A stretch of DNA of 64,000 nucleotides from a virus. Below the pieces are notes generated by a model that saw nothing but the letters and a program-made list of their open reading frames with translations, made no database searches and was not told the DNA's origin. A program made the position numbers and the translations under genes. Numbering within the stretch: position 1 is the stretch's first letter; every line of letters begins with the position of its first letter. The DNA lies in the IMG/VR virus record IMGVR_UViG_3300019487_000005, positions 5,031 through 69,030 of that record. The stretch is one strand, 5' to 3'. Below are positions 25,217 to 35,500 of this stretch, in pieces.

Positions 25217-26719
25217 ATGAAGACCCACCACCGCATACTTGATTTCTACGCAACTAAATCCTGGGCCATCCTTGAAGAGAACCTTCAGGAAATGTTTGGG
25301 ATCTACCAGAGCGCCTTGGAACGGAAGGCCTTGGATCTTGAGTTTGACCCAGAGGCGCTGGCCGCGAAGGTGGGGCGGCCTCTTGATAATAGCCGCCGTG
25401 TTTCGTTGCGTGATGGCGTAGCTGTTATTCCAATCTCTGGCCCGATCTTTCGTTATGCGAATCTATTTACTCAGATCAGTGGTGCTACCTCGATTGAGGT
25501 TCTGGCTACGGATTTCCGCCAAGCACTTGATGATCGAGCAGTGAAAGCCATCGTTCTTGATGTCAACAGCCCTGGCGGCGAGGTGGATGGTACGTCTGAA
25601 TTCGCTCAGCATGTATTTAATGCTCGTGGCGAGAAACCAATAGTTGCCTATGTCGGCCACTTAGGAGCTAGTGCTGCGTATTGGATAGCCAGTGCTGCTG
25701 ATGAGATCGTGGCCGCTGATACTGCCCCGCTGGGCTCAATTGGTGTAGTAGGGACAGTGTACGTTCACAAGGACAAAAACCGCTTGGAGTTCGTTTCGTC
25801 ACAGTCACCGAACAAGCGACCGGATCCAACCACTGAATCAGGTCGTTCACTATTTCAGTCTCATGTTGATGCTTTAGCCGATGTATTTATTGAAACAGTG
25901 GCCCGGAATCGCAACCTTTCGGCTGATGACGTTATCAGCAACGGGGGTGCGGGCGGGCTGAAAGTGGGTCGCCATGCCGTTACTGCTGGTCTTGCCGACC
26001 GGGTAGGCACTCTTGAGGGAGTCATTAGCGAGTTAGCCTCTGGAACATGGAAGAAAAACGTAAGTGATGAGGCTATGGTAAATACTTTAGGCGAGGCCAT
26101 TATCACTGAGGTGATAGAAATCACGCCGCCACTAATTGGAGGAGTCGAAACAATGCCAGAAAAAGAAAAACCCGCGGCCGAAGAAACGCCGGCACAGGAT
26201 GCACAGCAAGTCGCTGAGTTGCAGGCGAAACTATCTGAGGCTGAAGCAGAGGCTGAAGAACACCGCCAAGCGGCGGAAACTGCCCAAGCGGAGGCAGACA
26301 TAGCCAAGAAGGAAGTCCAGGCTGCTGTTGAACGAATAGCCGCATTGGAGAAGAACGCTCGTCAGACCCGTTTTTCTCAACTGGCTAAGGAATGGATTGG
26401 GGAATCGGACAAGCACTTAAGCATGCTTGAATTTCTGGCTACCCAAGCGGAAGCTGGCGAGGATTCCGAACTCTTCCGAGCTTACGTCACCCAGCAAAAT
26501 GCGATTGCCGAACAGGTAAGGAGTGCCTCTTTATTTGTGGAGGTGGGATCTTCGGCTCCTGCCGAGGGTACGGCGAGTGCGGCGATTAATGCGATGGTGA
26601 AGCAATACCGCGAGGCTGATCCCAAAATGACGGAGGCCCAGGCTTTCGCTAAGGTCTGGAGTGAGCATCCAGATTTGCGAATGAAGTACCGCGAAGAAGA
26701 GCGGCGAGCAGTTAATTAA
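25217..26719 (+). CDS. S49 (SppA/ClpP-fold) prohead protease fused to coiled-coil scaffold
   Basis: 500-aa ORF. AIVLDVNSPGGEVDG...GHLGASAAYWIASAADEI is an S49 pattern. The C-terminal half is an Ala/Glu/Gln-rich coiled coil. Confidence 0.8.
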   Translation: MKTHHRILDFYATKSWAILEENLQEMFGIYQSALERKALDLEFDPEALAAKVGRPLDNSRRVSLRDGVAVIPISGPIFRYANLFTQISGATSIEVLATDFRQALDDRAVKAIVLDVNSPGGEVDGTSEFAQHVFNARGEKPIVAYVGHLGASAAYWIASAADEIVAADTAPLGSIGVVGTVYVHKDKNRLEFVSSQSPNKRPDPTTESGRSLFQSHVDALADVFIETVARNRNLSADDVISNGGAGGLKVGRHAVTAGLADRVGTLEGVISELASGTWKKNVSDEAMVNTLGEAIITEVIEITPPLIGGVETMPEKEKPAAEETPAQDAQQVAELQAKLSEAEAEAEEHRQAAETAQAEADIAKKEVQAAVERIAALEKNARQTRFSQLAKEWIGESDKHLSMLEFLATQAEAGEDSELFRAYVTQQNAIAEQVRSASLFVEVGSSAPAEGTASAAINAMVKQYREADPKMTEAQAFAKVWSEHPDLRMKYREEERRAVN

Positions 26720-26748
26720 CTTTTCGATTAGGAAGGAGTTTCTTCACA

Positions 26749-27132
26749 ATGGCCGTAGAAGGCGCACAACCAATCTCAAAAACCTTCAGCGCGGGCGGTA
26801 CAATTGCGCAATACAAATTCGTCAAAATCTCCGCTAATAACACTGTGGTCGAGTGTTCTGGTGTGACCGATAAGCCAGTTGGGGTTGCGCAAGAGGCAGG
26901 GGTCTCTGGTGGAGCTGTCGGTGTCTGCATGGCAGGTATCACGAAGCTCCAGGGTGATGCTAATCTTGCCCCAGGGGATTCTATCGGCACTTCAGTAGAT
27001 GGTCAGGCAGCAGCGTATACAGCGGCTGACACGACCAAGTATATTGTTGGGCAAGTGTTGATTGACAACAGCGCTGCTGGTGGAATAATCACCGCGGCAA
27101 TCAATTGCCTGAACTCTCGCACACTTGCGTAA
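26749..27132 (+). CDS. head decoration protein (DUF2190-like)
   Basis: 127-aa ORF. ..YKFVKIS...VTDKPVGVAQEAGVSGGAVGVCMAGITKL..GD.I matches the pattern. Located just before the capsid gene. Confidence 0.6.
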   Translation: MAVEGAQPISKTFSAGGTIAQYKFVKISANNTVVECSGVTDKPVGVAQEAGVSGGAVGVCMAGITKLQGDANLAPGDSIGTSVDGQAAAYTAADTTKYIVGQVLIDNSAAGGIITAAINCLNSRTLA

Positions 27133-27392
27133 TGATTGATGTTCGTTGCCCAGGATGCCGGCGACTGTTATTCAAATGTTCCGAAAAGAACTTAACGGCG
27201 ACGGTAGAAATCAAATGTCAGAACGCTCGCTGTGGGCGCTTGATAGCGGTACAAAACGCTGACAGTCCAATAACGAGCAATCTTTTCTCAATCACCCCCG
27301 AAGGCCAGAACTTTTTAGAGTCCGAGCCTCTTAACTCCAGAGAGGAATTCGGCTCATGCCTCAACCAAGTGCTGGTCAAGTCCATGCCGTAG
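27132..27392 (+). CDS. Mu Com-like zinc-ribbon protein
   Basis: TAATG junction. MIDVRCPGCRRLLFKCSEKNLTATVEIKCQNARCGRLIAV parallels Mu Com (..IRCKNCNKLLFK....IEIRCPRCKR.I). The 3' end overlaps the capsid gene by 37 nt. Confidence 0.5.
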   Translation: MIDVRCPGCRRLLFKCSEKNLTATVEIKCQNARCGRLIAVQNADSPITSNLFSITPEGQNFLESEPLNSREEFGSCLNQVLVKSMP

Positions 27393-28318
27393 ATGTTCCG
27401 CTGACTAATATCAGCACCGCCTACATGCAGGACGACATGCGATTTATCGCAACGAAGGTGTTTCCGATTGTTCCAGTCGAGAAACAGACTGATAAATACT
27501 ACACCTACACGAAAAATGACTGGTTCCGGGATGAGGCCGAGAAGCGGGCCGACGCTCAGGAATCGGCTGGCTCGGGCTACGGGCTGAGCACCGCAGGTTA
27601 TTCCTGCGACGTCTTTGCCCTGCATAAAGACATTGGCTCCCAGGCTTTGGCCAACTCTGATCCTGCCATTGATCTTGAGCGGGACGCTACACAGTTTTTA
27701 ACCCAACGCATGCTGCTACGCCAGGAGATCCAGTGGGTTAGTGACTGCTTTGGTTCCAGCATCTGGGGTACTGATATTACCCCCGCCAATCTGTGGTCGG
27801 ACTACACTAATGGTAATCCGATTGAAGATGTCGAGACGGGCAAGGAGACAATTTTATCTAGTACCGGGCAAGTGGCAAATACCTTGGTGCTCGGGTACCA
27901 GGTTTATCGCAAACTCAAGAACCACCCAACAATCATCGACCGAATCAAATATGTCACCAGCGTTGATGGGCGTGTCATCACTCCCGCTTTGTTAGCGGCG
28001 ATGTTCGATGTGGAGCGGGTGTTTCTTGCCAGCGCCGTCAAGGCTACAAATGTTGAGGGTGAAACCGCCGCATACGCGTTCACGCATGGCAAGCACGCAC
28101 TGCTCTGCCATGTGGCCCCAAATCCGGGTCTGTTGGTTCCTTCGGCTGGTTACACATTCACTTGGAACGGTGTGAGTGCGGGATTGGGATCGGAAGTAGC
28201 CATTACTCGCTTTGACATGCCACATCTGAAGGCGACTCGAGTGGAGATTGAAACAGCGTTTGATAACAAGATCGTAGGTACGGATCTCGGGTACTTCTTT
28301 GCCAGTGTGGTTGCCTAA
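27356..28318 (+). CDS. major capsid protein (lambda gpE-like family)
   Basis: 320-aa ORF positioned after the protease and decoration genes. Its length and sequence pattern resemble phage major capsid protein E. Confidence 0.8.
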   Translation: MPQPSAGQVHAVDVPLTNISTAYMQDDMRFIATKVFPIVPVEKQTDKYYTYTKNDWFRDEAEKRADAQESAGSGYGLSTAGYSCDVFALHKDIGSQALANSDPAIDLERDATQFLTQRMLLRQEIQWVSDCFGSSIWGTDITPANLWSDYTNGNPIEDVETGKETILSSTGQVANTLVLGYQVYRKLKNHPTIIDRIKYVTSVDGRVITPALLAAMFDVERVFLASAVKATNVEGETAAYAFTHGKHALLCHVAPNPGLLVPSAGYTFTWNGVSAGLGSEVAITRFDMPHLKATRVEIETAFDNKIVGTDLGYFFASVVA

Positions 28319-28320
28319 TC

Positions 28321-28551
28321 ATGAAAGAGGCTGAGCTAAGGGCATTCTGCGAGGCGCAGGGTGTTCCTGTAATTGAAGAGGGAGGGCGCTTGCGAGTCAT
28401 GGATAGGAGTTTATTACCTATGACCCTGCGGGCGCTCTGTAATATGCGGGGATACTTTGAGCCAGCAGAGGATTTATCAATGGAACAGTCTGAAGTTCCT
28501 TTAGCAAGAGTCAAGAAACCTGCTGTTAAGAAAAGGGCAAGCAAGAAATGA
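28321..28551 (+). CDS. hypothetical protein
   Basis: 76-aa ORF. Confidence 0.45.
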   Translation: MKEAELRAFCEAQGVPVIEEGGRLRVMDRSLLPMTLRALCNMRGYFEPAEDLSMEQSEVPLARVKKPAVKKRASKK

Positions 28552-28742
28552 CGCACGTAGTTATTAGAAGCCTTCCCGGGCCAGATGGGGAGATTCCCAT
28601 CGGTACTAAGGTGGACGCCTCATCCTGGGAACACACTCGACTCTTGGAACGGCAACAATACCTAAAACCGATAACTCACCAAGAACCGCAAACTGAAGTG
28701 TCAAGGCGGGCGAGAGTGAAAGCAAGAGATGCCACTGGATGA
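28548..28742 (+). CDS. hypothetical protein
   Basis: 64-aa ORF with a 4-nt overlap. Confidence 0.4.
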   Translation: MTHVVIRSLPGPDGEIPIGTKVDASSWEHTRLLERQQYLKPITHQEPQTEVSRRARVKARDATG

Positions 28743-29124
28743 GAACTTTGCTGAATTATATTTAGAGGCGGAACTGGACTGGAATGCCCAGCCGGCTCTG
28801 GGAGAGTTTGAAAAAGTCACTCTCTTGGAACTCGCCTTGGTTGATGGAGCTTATTCGTATTCTTCATTAGGCGCAGCTGTTTATTTAGGTTGGCGGTGGA
28901 AACATGCCAAGGCTGTTGAGACTGTTACTGAAGATGGGGAAGACAAGATCTTTGACCACATTACTCAGAAGCTTAGCCAATGGGAATGGGCTGCGAATAT
29001 TGGGGCACGGGGATTTCCCACGGTGTTTGCGGGAGCAATTTCTGTTGCTGATAAAGATTCACGGCAGTTAGACACAGGTAGGGTTCAATCTGCGTTCAGT
29101 GCAAATATGCACTCAATGGATTGA
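28729..29124 (+). CDS. putative head-tail connector protein
   Basis: 131-aa ORF. Assigned by position only. Confidence 0.45.
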   Translation: MPLDENFAELYLEAELDWNAQPALGEFEKVTLLELALVDGAYSYSSLGAAVYLGWRWKHAKAVETVTEDGEDKIFDHITQKLSQWEWAANIGARGFPTVFAGAISVADKDSRQLDTGRVQSAFSANMHSMD

Positions 29125-29127
29125 GAG

Positions 29128-29520
29128 ATGGGAATAGATCGCATTCAGATCAGATTGAATGCTTTCAATCGCAAGCGCAAGCGGTATGGAGAAGATGTCT
29201 GCGACGTGATTAGTCAGGCGCCATCAACAGATGACTATGGAAACTCAGGGGTGACACCAACAACTCTTGCCTCAAACGTAAAATGCTTTGTCGAGTCCTT
29301 AAGCGAAAGAGAACGAGCAATCGGTGGAGGAGATGTGCTGAATGCAACCCATCGGATTACCCTGGAATCAACCGCTGTGACCTTGGGAATTAGGCCAAGT
29401 TACAAGCTTCGAGTTCCGGCCCGAGGAAGTGTTCCGGAACTGACTTTTACGAATCCGATTCCGAAGGTGGGTTCATTTAATCCTTTAGTCGAGGTGGTAG
29501 CGAGTCTCAGAACACTATGA
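29128..29520 (+). CDS. putative head-tail adaptor
   Basis: 130-aa ORF. Assigned by position only. Confidence 0.45.
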   Translation: MGIDRIQIRLNAFNRKRKRYGEDVCDVISQAPSTDDYGNSGVTPTTLASNVKCFVESLSERERAIGGGDVLNATHRITLESTAVTLGIRPSYKLRVPARGSVPELTFTNPIPKVGSFNPLVEVVASLRTL

Positions 29521-29843
29521 GCGTGCAGCTTAAAAACTTAGGTCAACTGGATCAGGCCGTAAGGAAATTAAAGGGCATTGCGGTGTTCCAGTTGAACTCT
29601 GCGGCCGCAAGTCAGGAGACGCTGGCACGAGAGTTGGCCCCGGTAAGGACAGGGTTTTTAAGAAACAACATTCGGCAGACTGAGCAAGCCGATGATGAGA
29701 GTTTGAGATCAGTCGTTGAATCAGGTGCCGAGTATTCGGTTTACGTGGAGTATGGGACGGTGAATGCTGAGGCGCAACCATTCTTCACCCCCGCGTTCGA
29801 GAGTGTGAAACGGCAGTTATCGAGATTGAGGAATGTCTTTTAG
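29517..29843 (+). CDS. HK97 gp10-family head-tail joining protein
   Basis: 108-aa ORF. ELAPVRTGFLRNNI...GAEYSVYVEYGT...AQPFFTPAFE is the gp10-family pattern. Confidence 0.7.
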   Translation: MSVQLKNLGQLDQAVRKLKGIAVFQLNSAAASQETLARELAPVRTGFLRNNIRQTEQADDESLRSVVESGAEYSVYVEYGTVNAEAQPFFTPAFESVKRQLSRLRNVF

Positions 29844-30278
29844 GTGGCTGATGTCTCAGAGATTCAAGAGGCTAAGAAGTGGATTCGCACTGTGCTACTG
29901 TCGAACACGGGCATTACTAACGTTGTTTCGTCTCGTATCTATGCTGATCGTGCGCCTAACCCTCTTACGTTTCCTTTCATCATCTTTAACTACATGGGCG
30001 GCCCAGACATCAATGGACTCGGAACGAACAGACAACAAACTCAGCCTTTATTCCAAGTCAGGGTCGTTACTGATGGCGCCCCAGACGCCAATGCCAGACT
30101 GGTCGAGAAGCGAATCGATGACGTATTGCAGGCCGCTACTCACAGCGCAAGTGGAGACTTTCTGTTTGCCGCGAGACGAGAGCAGTCCGTGGATCGGGTC
30201 GAAGTCGATTCCGAAACAAATCATGTTTACTACAACTTGGGCGGGCTCTATCGCCTGTGGATTCGAAAAACACCATGA
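29844..30278 (+). CDS. tail completion/terminator-like protein (DUF3168-like)
   Basis: 144-aa ORF (GTG start). ..SRIYADRAPNPLTFPFIIFNYMGG.. matches the pattern. Confidence 0.55.
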   Translation: MADVSEIQEAKKWIRTVLLSNTGITNVVSSRIYADRAPNPLTFPFIIFNYMGGPDINGLGTNRQQTQPLFQVRVVTDGAPDANARLVEKRIDDVLQAATHSASGDFLFAARREQSVDRVEVDSETNHVYYNLGGLYRLWIRKTP

Positions 30279-30475
30279 ATATTAGAGTAATCCGGGCAGC
30301 AGATACAGGGAACGAGTTAGACGAGGTGTTCATCACGAACGATGACCCTTATGTGAACCGGGCGATCTATACCAGGCCGGGAGTTTTTGAAGACGGAGAA
30401 ATTACCGAGGAAGAGCTTAGCGAGCTTGAAGCGTCCCTGAGTGAGTTACCAGCAGCGGAAACAGAGGAGGAGTAA
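30257..30475 (+). CDS. hypothetical acidic protein
   Basis: 72-aa ORF. Confidence 0.4.
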   Translation: MDSKNTMNIRVIRAADTGNELDEVFITNDDPYVNRAIYTRPGVFEDGEITEEELSELEASLSELPAAETEEE

Positions 30476-30478
30476 TCA

Positions 30479-31450
30479 ATGGGTCGTGCAACCGTAAACC
30501 GAGTCGTGCAGGTAGGTGTTGAGACTACGCCTGGAACAGGCGTGGCCGCTAACAAGAGTCTGCCCAGCATGAGCCTGGCGCTCAGCCGCACGATTGAAAC
30601 CAGAGAATTCCGCTCCCAGGGCTTTAAACCAATTACGGCCCGCCAGATCATCAAAGACTACGGCACAGGGACGATGTCCGGGCCGTTGAACTACACGGAG
30701 ATCATCTACCCTCTGAATACTCTGGTCACAGGTGTGATCACCACGCCTTCAGGTGGTACTGCTTCTCGTGATCATACTTTTACGCCAGCGGCGACGGGAG
30801 CCGATGCGTTCAAGACATTGACCATCGAGGAAGGTGATGCGACTGCCGCAACCCAGATGGTCTATTCGGTCTTTACTGAATTTGGACTCACCACAAACCT
30901 CGAAACCGCAGAAGTAACAGGTTCGTTAATTGGCCGCACCCCTACCACTGCATCACTCACTGGCTCGCCCACGGCTATTGCTTTGCTGGTAACGAATATC
31001 CGCGAGGCTGATCTGTTCATGGATTCCACTTTTGCAGGTATTGGGACCACGAAGGTGACAGACGCTAAGGCAATTTCATTCTCTATTGCGAATAAGCAGG
31101 TGCCAAACTGGGTGCTCAATACCTCCAACACTTCATTTAAAGACACGGTGGAAGTGCCTCCAACCCTGACGTTTTCGTGGACCACTGAGCACAACGCTCA
31201 ATCACGAACGTTCTATGATGCGTTGTCAACGAACCCGACTCGCTACTTCCGATTGAAACTTACGGGACCGATCATCGAAGGGGCGATTCCTTATAAGTTC
31301 CAGTTGGATGTAGGGGCGCAGGTAAACGCCACAGTTCAGGAGGATGTTGATGGCGTGTGGGGTTATCGCTATGATTGTGTGCCGCTCTACACTGCCACCT
31401 TTCCGGCATCTTGGGCCGTTCAGGTGACTAATACTTTGACAACGTTGTAA
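30479..31450 (+). CDS. major tail protein
   Basis: 323-aa ORF located directly upstream of the chaperone pair and tape measure gene. Confidence 0.6.
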   Translation: MGRATVNRVVQVGVETTPGTGVAANKSLPSMSLALSRTIETREFRSQGFKPITARQIIKDYGTGTMSGPLNYTEIIYPLNTLVTGVITTPSGGTASRDHTFTPAATGADAFKTLTIEEGDATAATQMVYSVFTEFGLTTNLETAEVTGSLIGRTPTTASLTGSPTAIALLVTNIREADLFMDSTFAGIGTTKVTDAKAISFSIANKQVPNWVLNTSNTSFKDTVEVPPTLTFSWTTEHNAQSRTFYDALSTNPTRYFRLKLTGPIIEGAIPYKFQLDVGAQVNATVQEDVDGVWGYRYDCVPLYTATFPASWAVQVTNTLTTL

Positions 31451-31452
31451 AA

Positions 31453-32133
31453 ATGGAACTCTCGAGCCTTAGTGAGAACATCGTTACGGTTCCTTACACA
31501 AGGAACAATCTAACGATCAACATCCAGGTAAACATTGATGCGTTTACGCCTGAATACTTCCGCCAATTAACTGAGAAGTGTCAGAACGTGTTTGCCGAAG
31601 AGACGCAGCGCATAAAGGAACGGGAAAAAGTCCTCCAGGTACTAAAACCCTGGCAGCCCGCTTCATCATTTGCGAGTGATGAGCGAATCAGCACGATGGC
31701 TGGCCAGTTTAAGGTACTTGTTGCTGGCACGTCTGGCCCAAATGAACCTGCGTGGTTTACCGGGTTATCTCGCGGGCTGGCTGCTTTGCCTGATGGATCT
31801 GTCTTGTGGGTGCCTTATATTCCAGTGGATGGAGGAACATTCACTCGTGAGGCTGAACGGATGGAAATTGAGCGACAGACGCACGCAGAGATTCTTTCAG
31901 GGGTGGTCAAGGATTGGGATGTTACTGAGGATGGTGCCCCATTGAAACCCAGCAAAGAAGTCTTTTTACGTCTGCCTGTCCGGGTATTGAATGACCTGTG
32001 GAACCTATGTTTGGAGGCAGCGCAAACGGTAAAAAAGCCTACAACCGAAGAAACAACTGGGAGCCAGACGACATCCGAGACTACCGACGATGGCTCCTCG
32101 GCGCTGCGCGTGGTGGGAGGCCAGAGTATGTAG
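31453..32133 (+). CDS. tail assembly chaperone (G-like)
   Basis: 226-aa ORF upstream of the tape measure gene. Contains a slippery heptamer near its 3' end. Confidence 0.65.
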   Translation: MELSSLSENIVTVPYTRNNLTINIQVNIDAFTPEYFRQLTEKCQNVFAEETQRIKEREKVLQVLKPWQPASSFASDERISTMAGQFKVLVAGTSGPNEPAWFTGLSRGLAALPDGSVLWVPYIPVDGGTFTREAERMEIERQTHAEILSGVVKDWDVTEDGAPLKPSKEVFLRLPVRVLNDLWNLCLEAAQTVKKPTTEETTGSQTTSETTDDGSSALRVVGGQSM

Positions 32134-32306
32134 ATGCGCACATGGTGGCCCGCTTTCTGGGCTGTCGGGTATGGGAACTGTCACGCGTGCCGATTCACTA
32201 TCAGGAAGAGGCCCGCGTGATTTTGCAAGCGCAGTATGGGGCTCGAATGCAGATTGCAAAAGACGCTAAATGCACTCCAGACAAGGTAGTTTTACCGGAG
32301 TTTTAA
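31453..32306 (+). CDS. tail assembly chaperone frameshift product (GT-like)
   Basis: Fusion of 31453-32037 with the -1 frame up to 32306. This is the canonical position between the major tail protein and the tape measure. Confidence 0.55.
32031..32037 (+). promoter_or_regulatory. -1 programmed ribosomal frameshift site A_AAA_AAG
   Basis: The zero-frame codons are GTA AAA AAG. The -1 frame stays open to 32306 (..KKAYNRRNNWEPDD.., equal to ORF 31998-32306). Confidence 0.6.
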
Positions 32307-32485
32307 GGAGTGGATGCGTTAAGGAGCGCAGAGATCCCAAAGAAGGCAATGATCAGACTGACTATAACGGCAATCACGCCGAGTGGTAAGCCTCGGGCAC
32401 CTTCGCTGCAATAAGCGATTTGAAGTATTTCGAAGGCTTTAAACACGATCAGAAAACATAAAAGAATTCCGATTAAGGCAAGCAT
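32303..32485 (-). CDS. small two-TM membrane protein (reverse strand)
   Basis: 60-aa ORF, MLALIGILLCFLIVF...GVIAVIVSLIIAFFGISALL. It fills the gap between the chaperone and tape measure genes on the opposite strand. Confidence 0.35.
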   Translation of the reverse strand: MLALIGILLCFLIVFKAFEILQIAYCSEGARGLPLGVIAVIVSLIIAFFGISALLNASTP

Positions 32486-32536
32486 GGAGTGAGATTAAGC
32501 CAACGTTAGTTAGTAAGCAATAGACAGGTAAACAAA

Positions 32537-35500
32537 GTGGCAACGGAAATTGGCAGACTGATCGCAGTATTTGAGGCTGACACCTCGAAGTTTACGGCTG
32601 CTAGTAAACAGGTCGAGGCCTCAATGAAGCAGACCGCAGACTCTGTGAATGTCAGCCAGAAGAAGATCGGTTCCGGTGAACTGAGTTTGGCCCAACAGTT
32701 AAAAGCAGCAGAAAGCTTGCAGAAGCAGAGATCCAAAGCCCTGATCCAGCAGTGGAAAGAACAGGAAAAGGCGGCTTTGCAAGCCGCGTCGGGTACTAAA
32801 TCCTTCCGTGAAGTCCTTCAAGATTTATCTAATTCCATTGGGCGGGTTCAAAGTCCTCTGAGTAACATTTCTGGTCGTGTTACCTCGTTAAACGGCGCGG
32901 CGGATGAACTCACCTCCACCATGAGCACGGCGGGAGTGGCTGTTGTTAGCGCAACTGCAGCGATTGTTGCGGGGGCTGTAGCTGCTGCCGGAGCGATCAC
33001 TCGGTTAACCCTATCGGCTGCTGAGGCTACCGGCAAGATGCATGATCTTGCTCAGCAAACAGGGTTCTCTGTAGAGACGCTTTCAGCATTAGGCCATGCG
33101 GCTGAGACATCTGGGGGCAGTATTGACACGATCTCAGCGTCTCTAGGCATCTTTCAACGGCACATGGAAGAGGCCAACCAGGGAAACCAGGAAGCCCAGC
33201 GGTTATTTAAAGCTCTGAATATCGATGTGCGTGATAACGAGAAGGCGTTACGAGATGCGTTTTCTATTCTAAGTAAACTTCCTGCCGGCGCACAGCAAAC
33301 AGCTTTATCTCTGAAGCTTTTTGGGCGGTCCGGGCGCGAAGTCCAAGCAGTCTTTAAAGAGGCCGGTGCCGATCTCGATAAGTTTATAGCTACGTTGAGG
33401 GATCGAGGGGTCCTAGTAACGACAGAGATGGCTAAGCGCGGCGATGATCTAAGTGACTCGGTTACTAAGTTGCGCCAAGAGTTTGATGCTCTTAAAAGAC
33501 AGGTGGGAGAGGAATTCGCTCCGATTATAAGTGAGGCTTTAAGAGAGTTTTCGCGCTGGCTGCGTGACAATCAACAAAGTTTGATTGGTACAGCCCGAGA
33601 AGTTGGCAATCTGCTAAGAGAGGTAAAAGGGCTGGCAGATTTCATTTATAGCATTAGCCCTTTACGATTAGAGGTTGAGATAGTGCGGAATATCAAGAAT
33701 GTTATTCAGGACATTCAGGGCAGTTCCGCACAACCACAAGCCTTTCCCGGGGTACCGGGACCCCCAGCATCACCATCTATCTTCGAGCGGTTTAGAGAAT
33801 CCATTCGCCGCGGACCACGACCTACTGGTTCCCAGGGCGGATTAGAATTCAACATTCGCACAGAGACTCAGACCAAAGAGCAAGTGGCTGCTATTCGGAA
33901 AGCAAACGAAGAGGAAGCCAGGAAAGTCGTAGAGGATCAAAAGAAACTTCAGAAACAGTTGGATAGTTTAAAACGTCCGGCTGGCGGGGGTGGTCGTGGT
34001 GGCAAGAGTCCTGCGGAAGCGATTGCGGAGCAGGCTGTTGCAGTAGCCCGGGTTGAATTACGTGGAGCTGAAGAAATCTATCGGGAGACATTGGACACTG
34101 AGCGCAGATTCTTTGATCAAAGTCTCTCCAGTCTCAGTACTTATTCACAAGCAAGAATCAATGCGGAAAACGAAAGGTTCAAAAAAGAGAAGGAAGTGTT
34201 TGCGGCGGAACAGGAGCTTATTTCCTCAAGTCGCTTACGCCCGGGTGAGCGAGATGTTAAGCAGAAGGATTTAAACCAGCGCATCCAGGCTGCTGAACTC
34301 GAGCACGGGCAGCGTTTACGACAAATAGATGATGACACTTATCGCGAGCGACTGGCTAATCAGGAGGACTTCTTTCGGCGCCAACTTGCCCTGCAGCACT
34401 CCTCCTTACAGACTCTGGAGTTGCAGTTGAGACGGGCGGTCGAAAGCGGCGAGAGCTCAGCGGTTGAGGCGGAGATTACTCGGTTTACGAAACTGCGAGA
34501 AATTCAGCAAACCGAAACTAACAGGATTAATGCTCAGCTTACCCAGGTTAGTCCAACCAGTGAGCGGGCGGCACAACTTCGCGATGACCTAAAACTGCTC
34601 CAACAACAAATTGAGAGAGACACAGTCCAGCATTATCAGAATCTTGATACTGCTCGACGCGATGACGTGAATTCGGCACAAAGATATTCAGAGGCGATCC
34701 AGCGAATCTATACCGATATAGCTTCAATTAACCGAGAGACATTAACTATTGAACTCCAGGCGTTGGAGGAAAATTCCTTTTTCCGCACTGAAGTGATTCG
34801 TCGCAGGGCAGAGCTTGAACGGGCGGCCGAATCGGAACGTTCAAAGATTGCGCTTCAGGAACTTGCTCGCAGGAAGGAACTCATTCGCGTGGAGATCATG
34901 GATGAGTACGAGAAGGCGCGGCAGATTATCGCAATTGATCAGCAGATCGATGCTGAGAAACGCAACAGTGTCGCAAGACAGGCGGAGATTACACGACGGG
35001 CAATCGAGGAAGAACGAGAGAAATGGCGAGAGTTTGGAGAAGATGTGGCAGGAATTATCTCGGCGGGGATGCGTGGAGGCCTTCAGGGATTACTTGATGA
35101 AGTCAAGAGTGTCTTGGATCAGATCTCTGCGGAATTATTGAAGAGTGCGATTGTTAAATTGATCAATCCCAATCTTCCTACTCAGGGAAGCCAGGCAGGG
35201 GGGATCATCGGGGCGATCACCAACAAGATTCTTGAAAGTATTGGCTTGGGGCCAAAAACTACGCCTCCGGGAATAATTCGTTCCACTGGTCAAGAAACAC
35301 GCCCTCGAACCGTAGGGGATGCGCAACAAATTGCCGTGACCAGACAGGTCAGCCAGAGGGTAGATTCCGCGAGCACGACCATAGTCCAGGCTCAATCGAA
35401 ACAGACTCTAGAGCTGAATCAAGCTCGTGCAAGTCAAACAAATCAATTAGTTTCCCAGCTCCAGATGATGGCAGAGCATATCTGCCAGTGTTCGGCGAAG

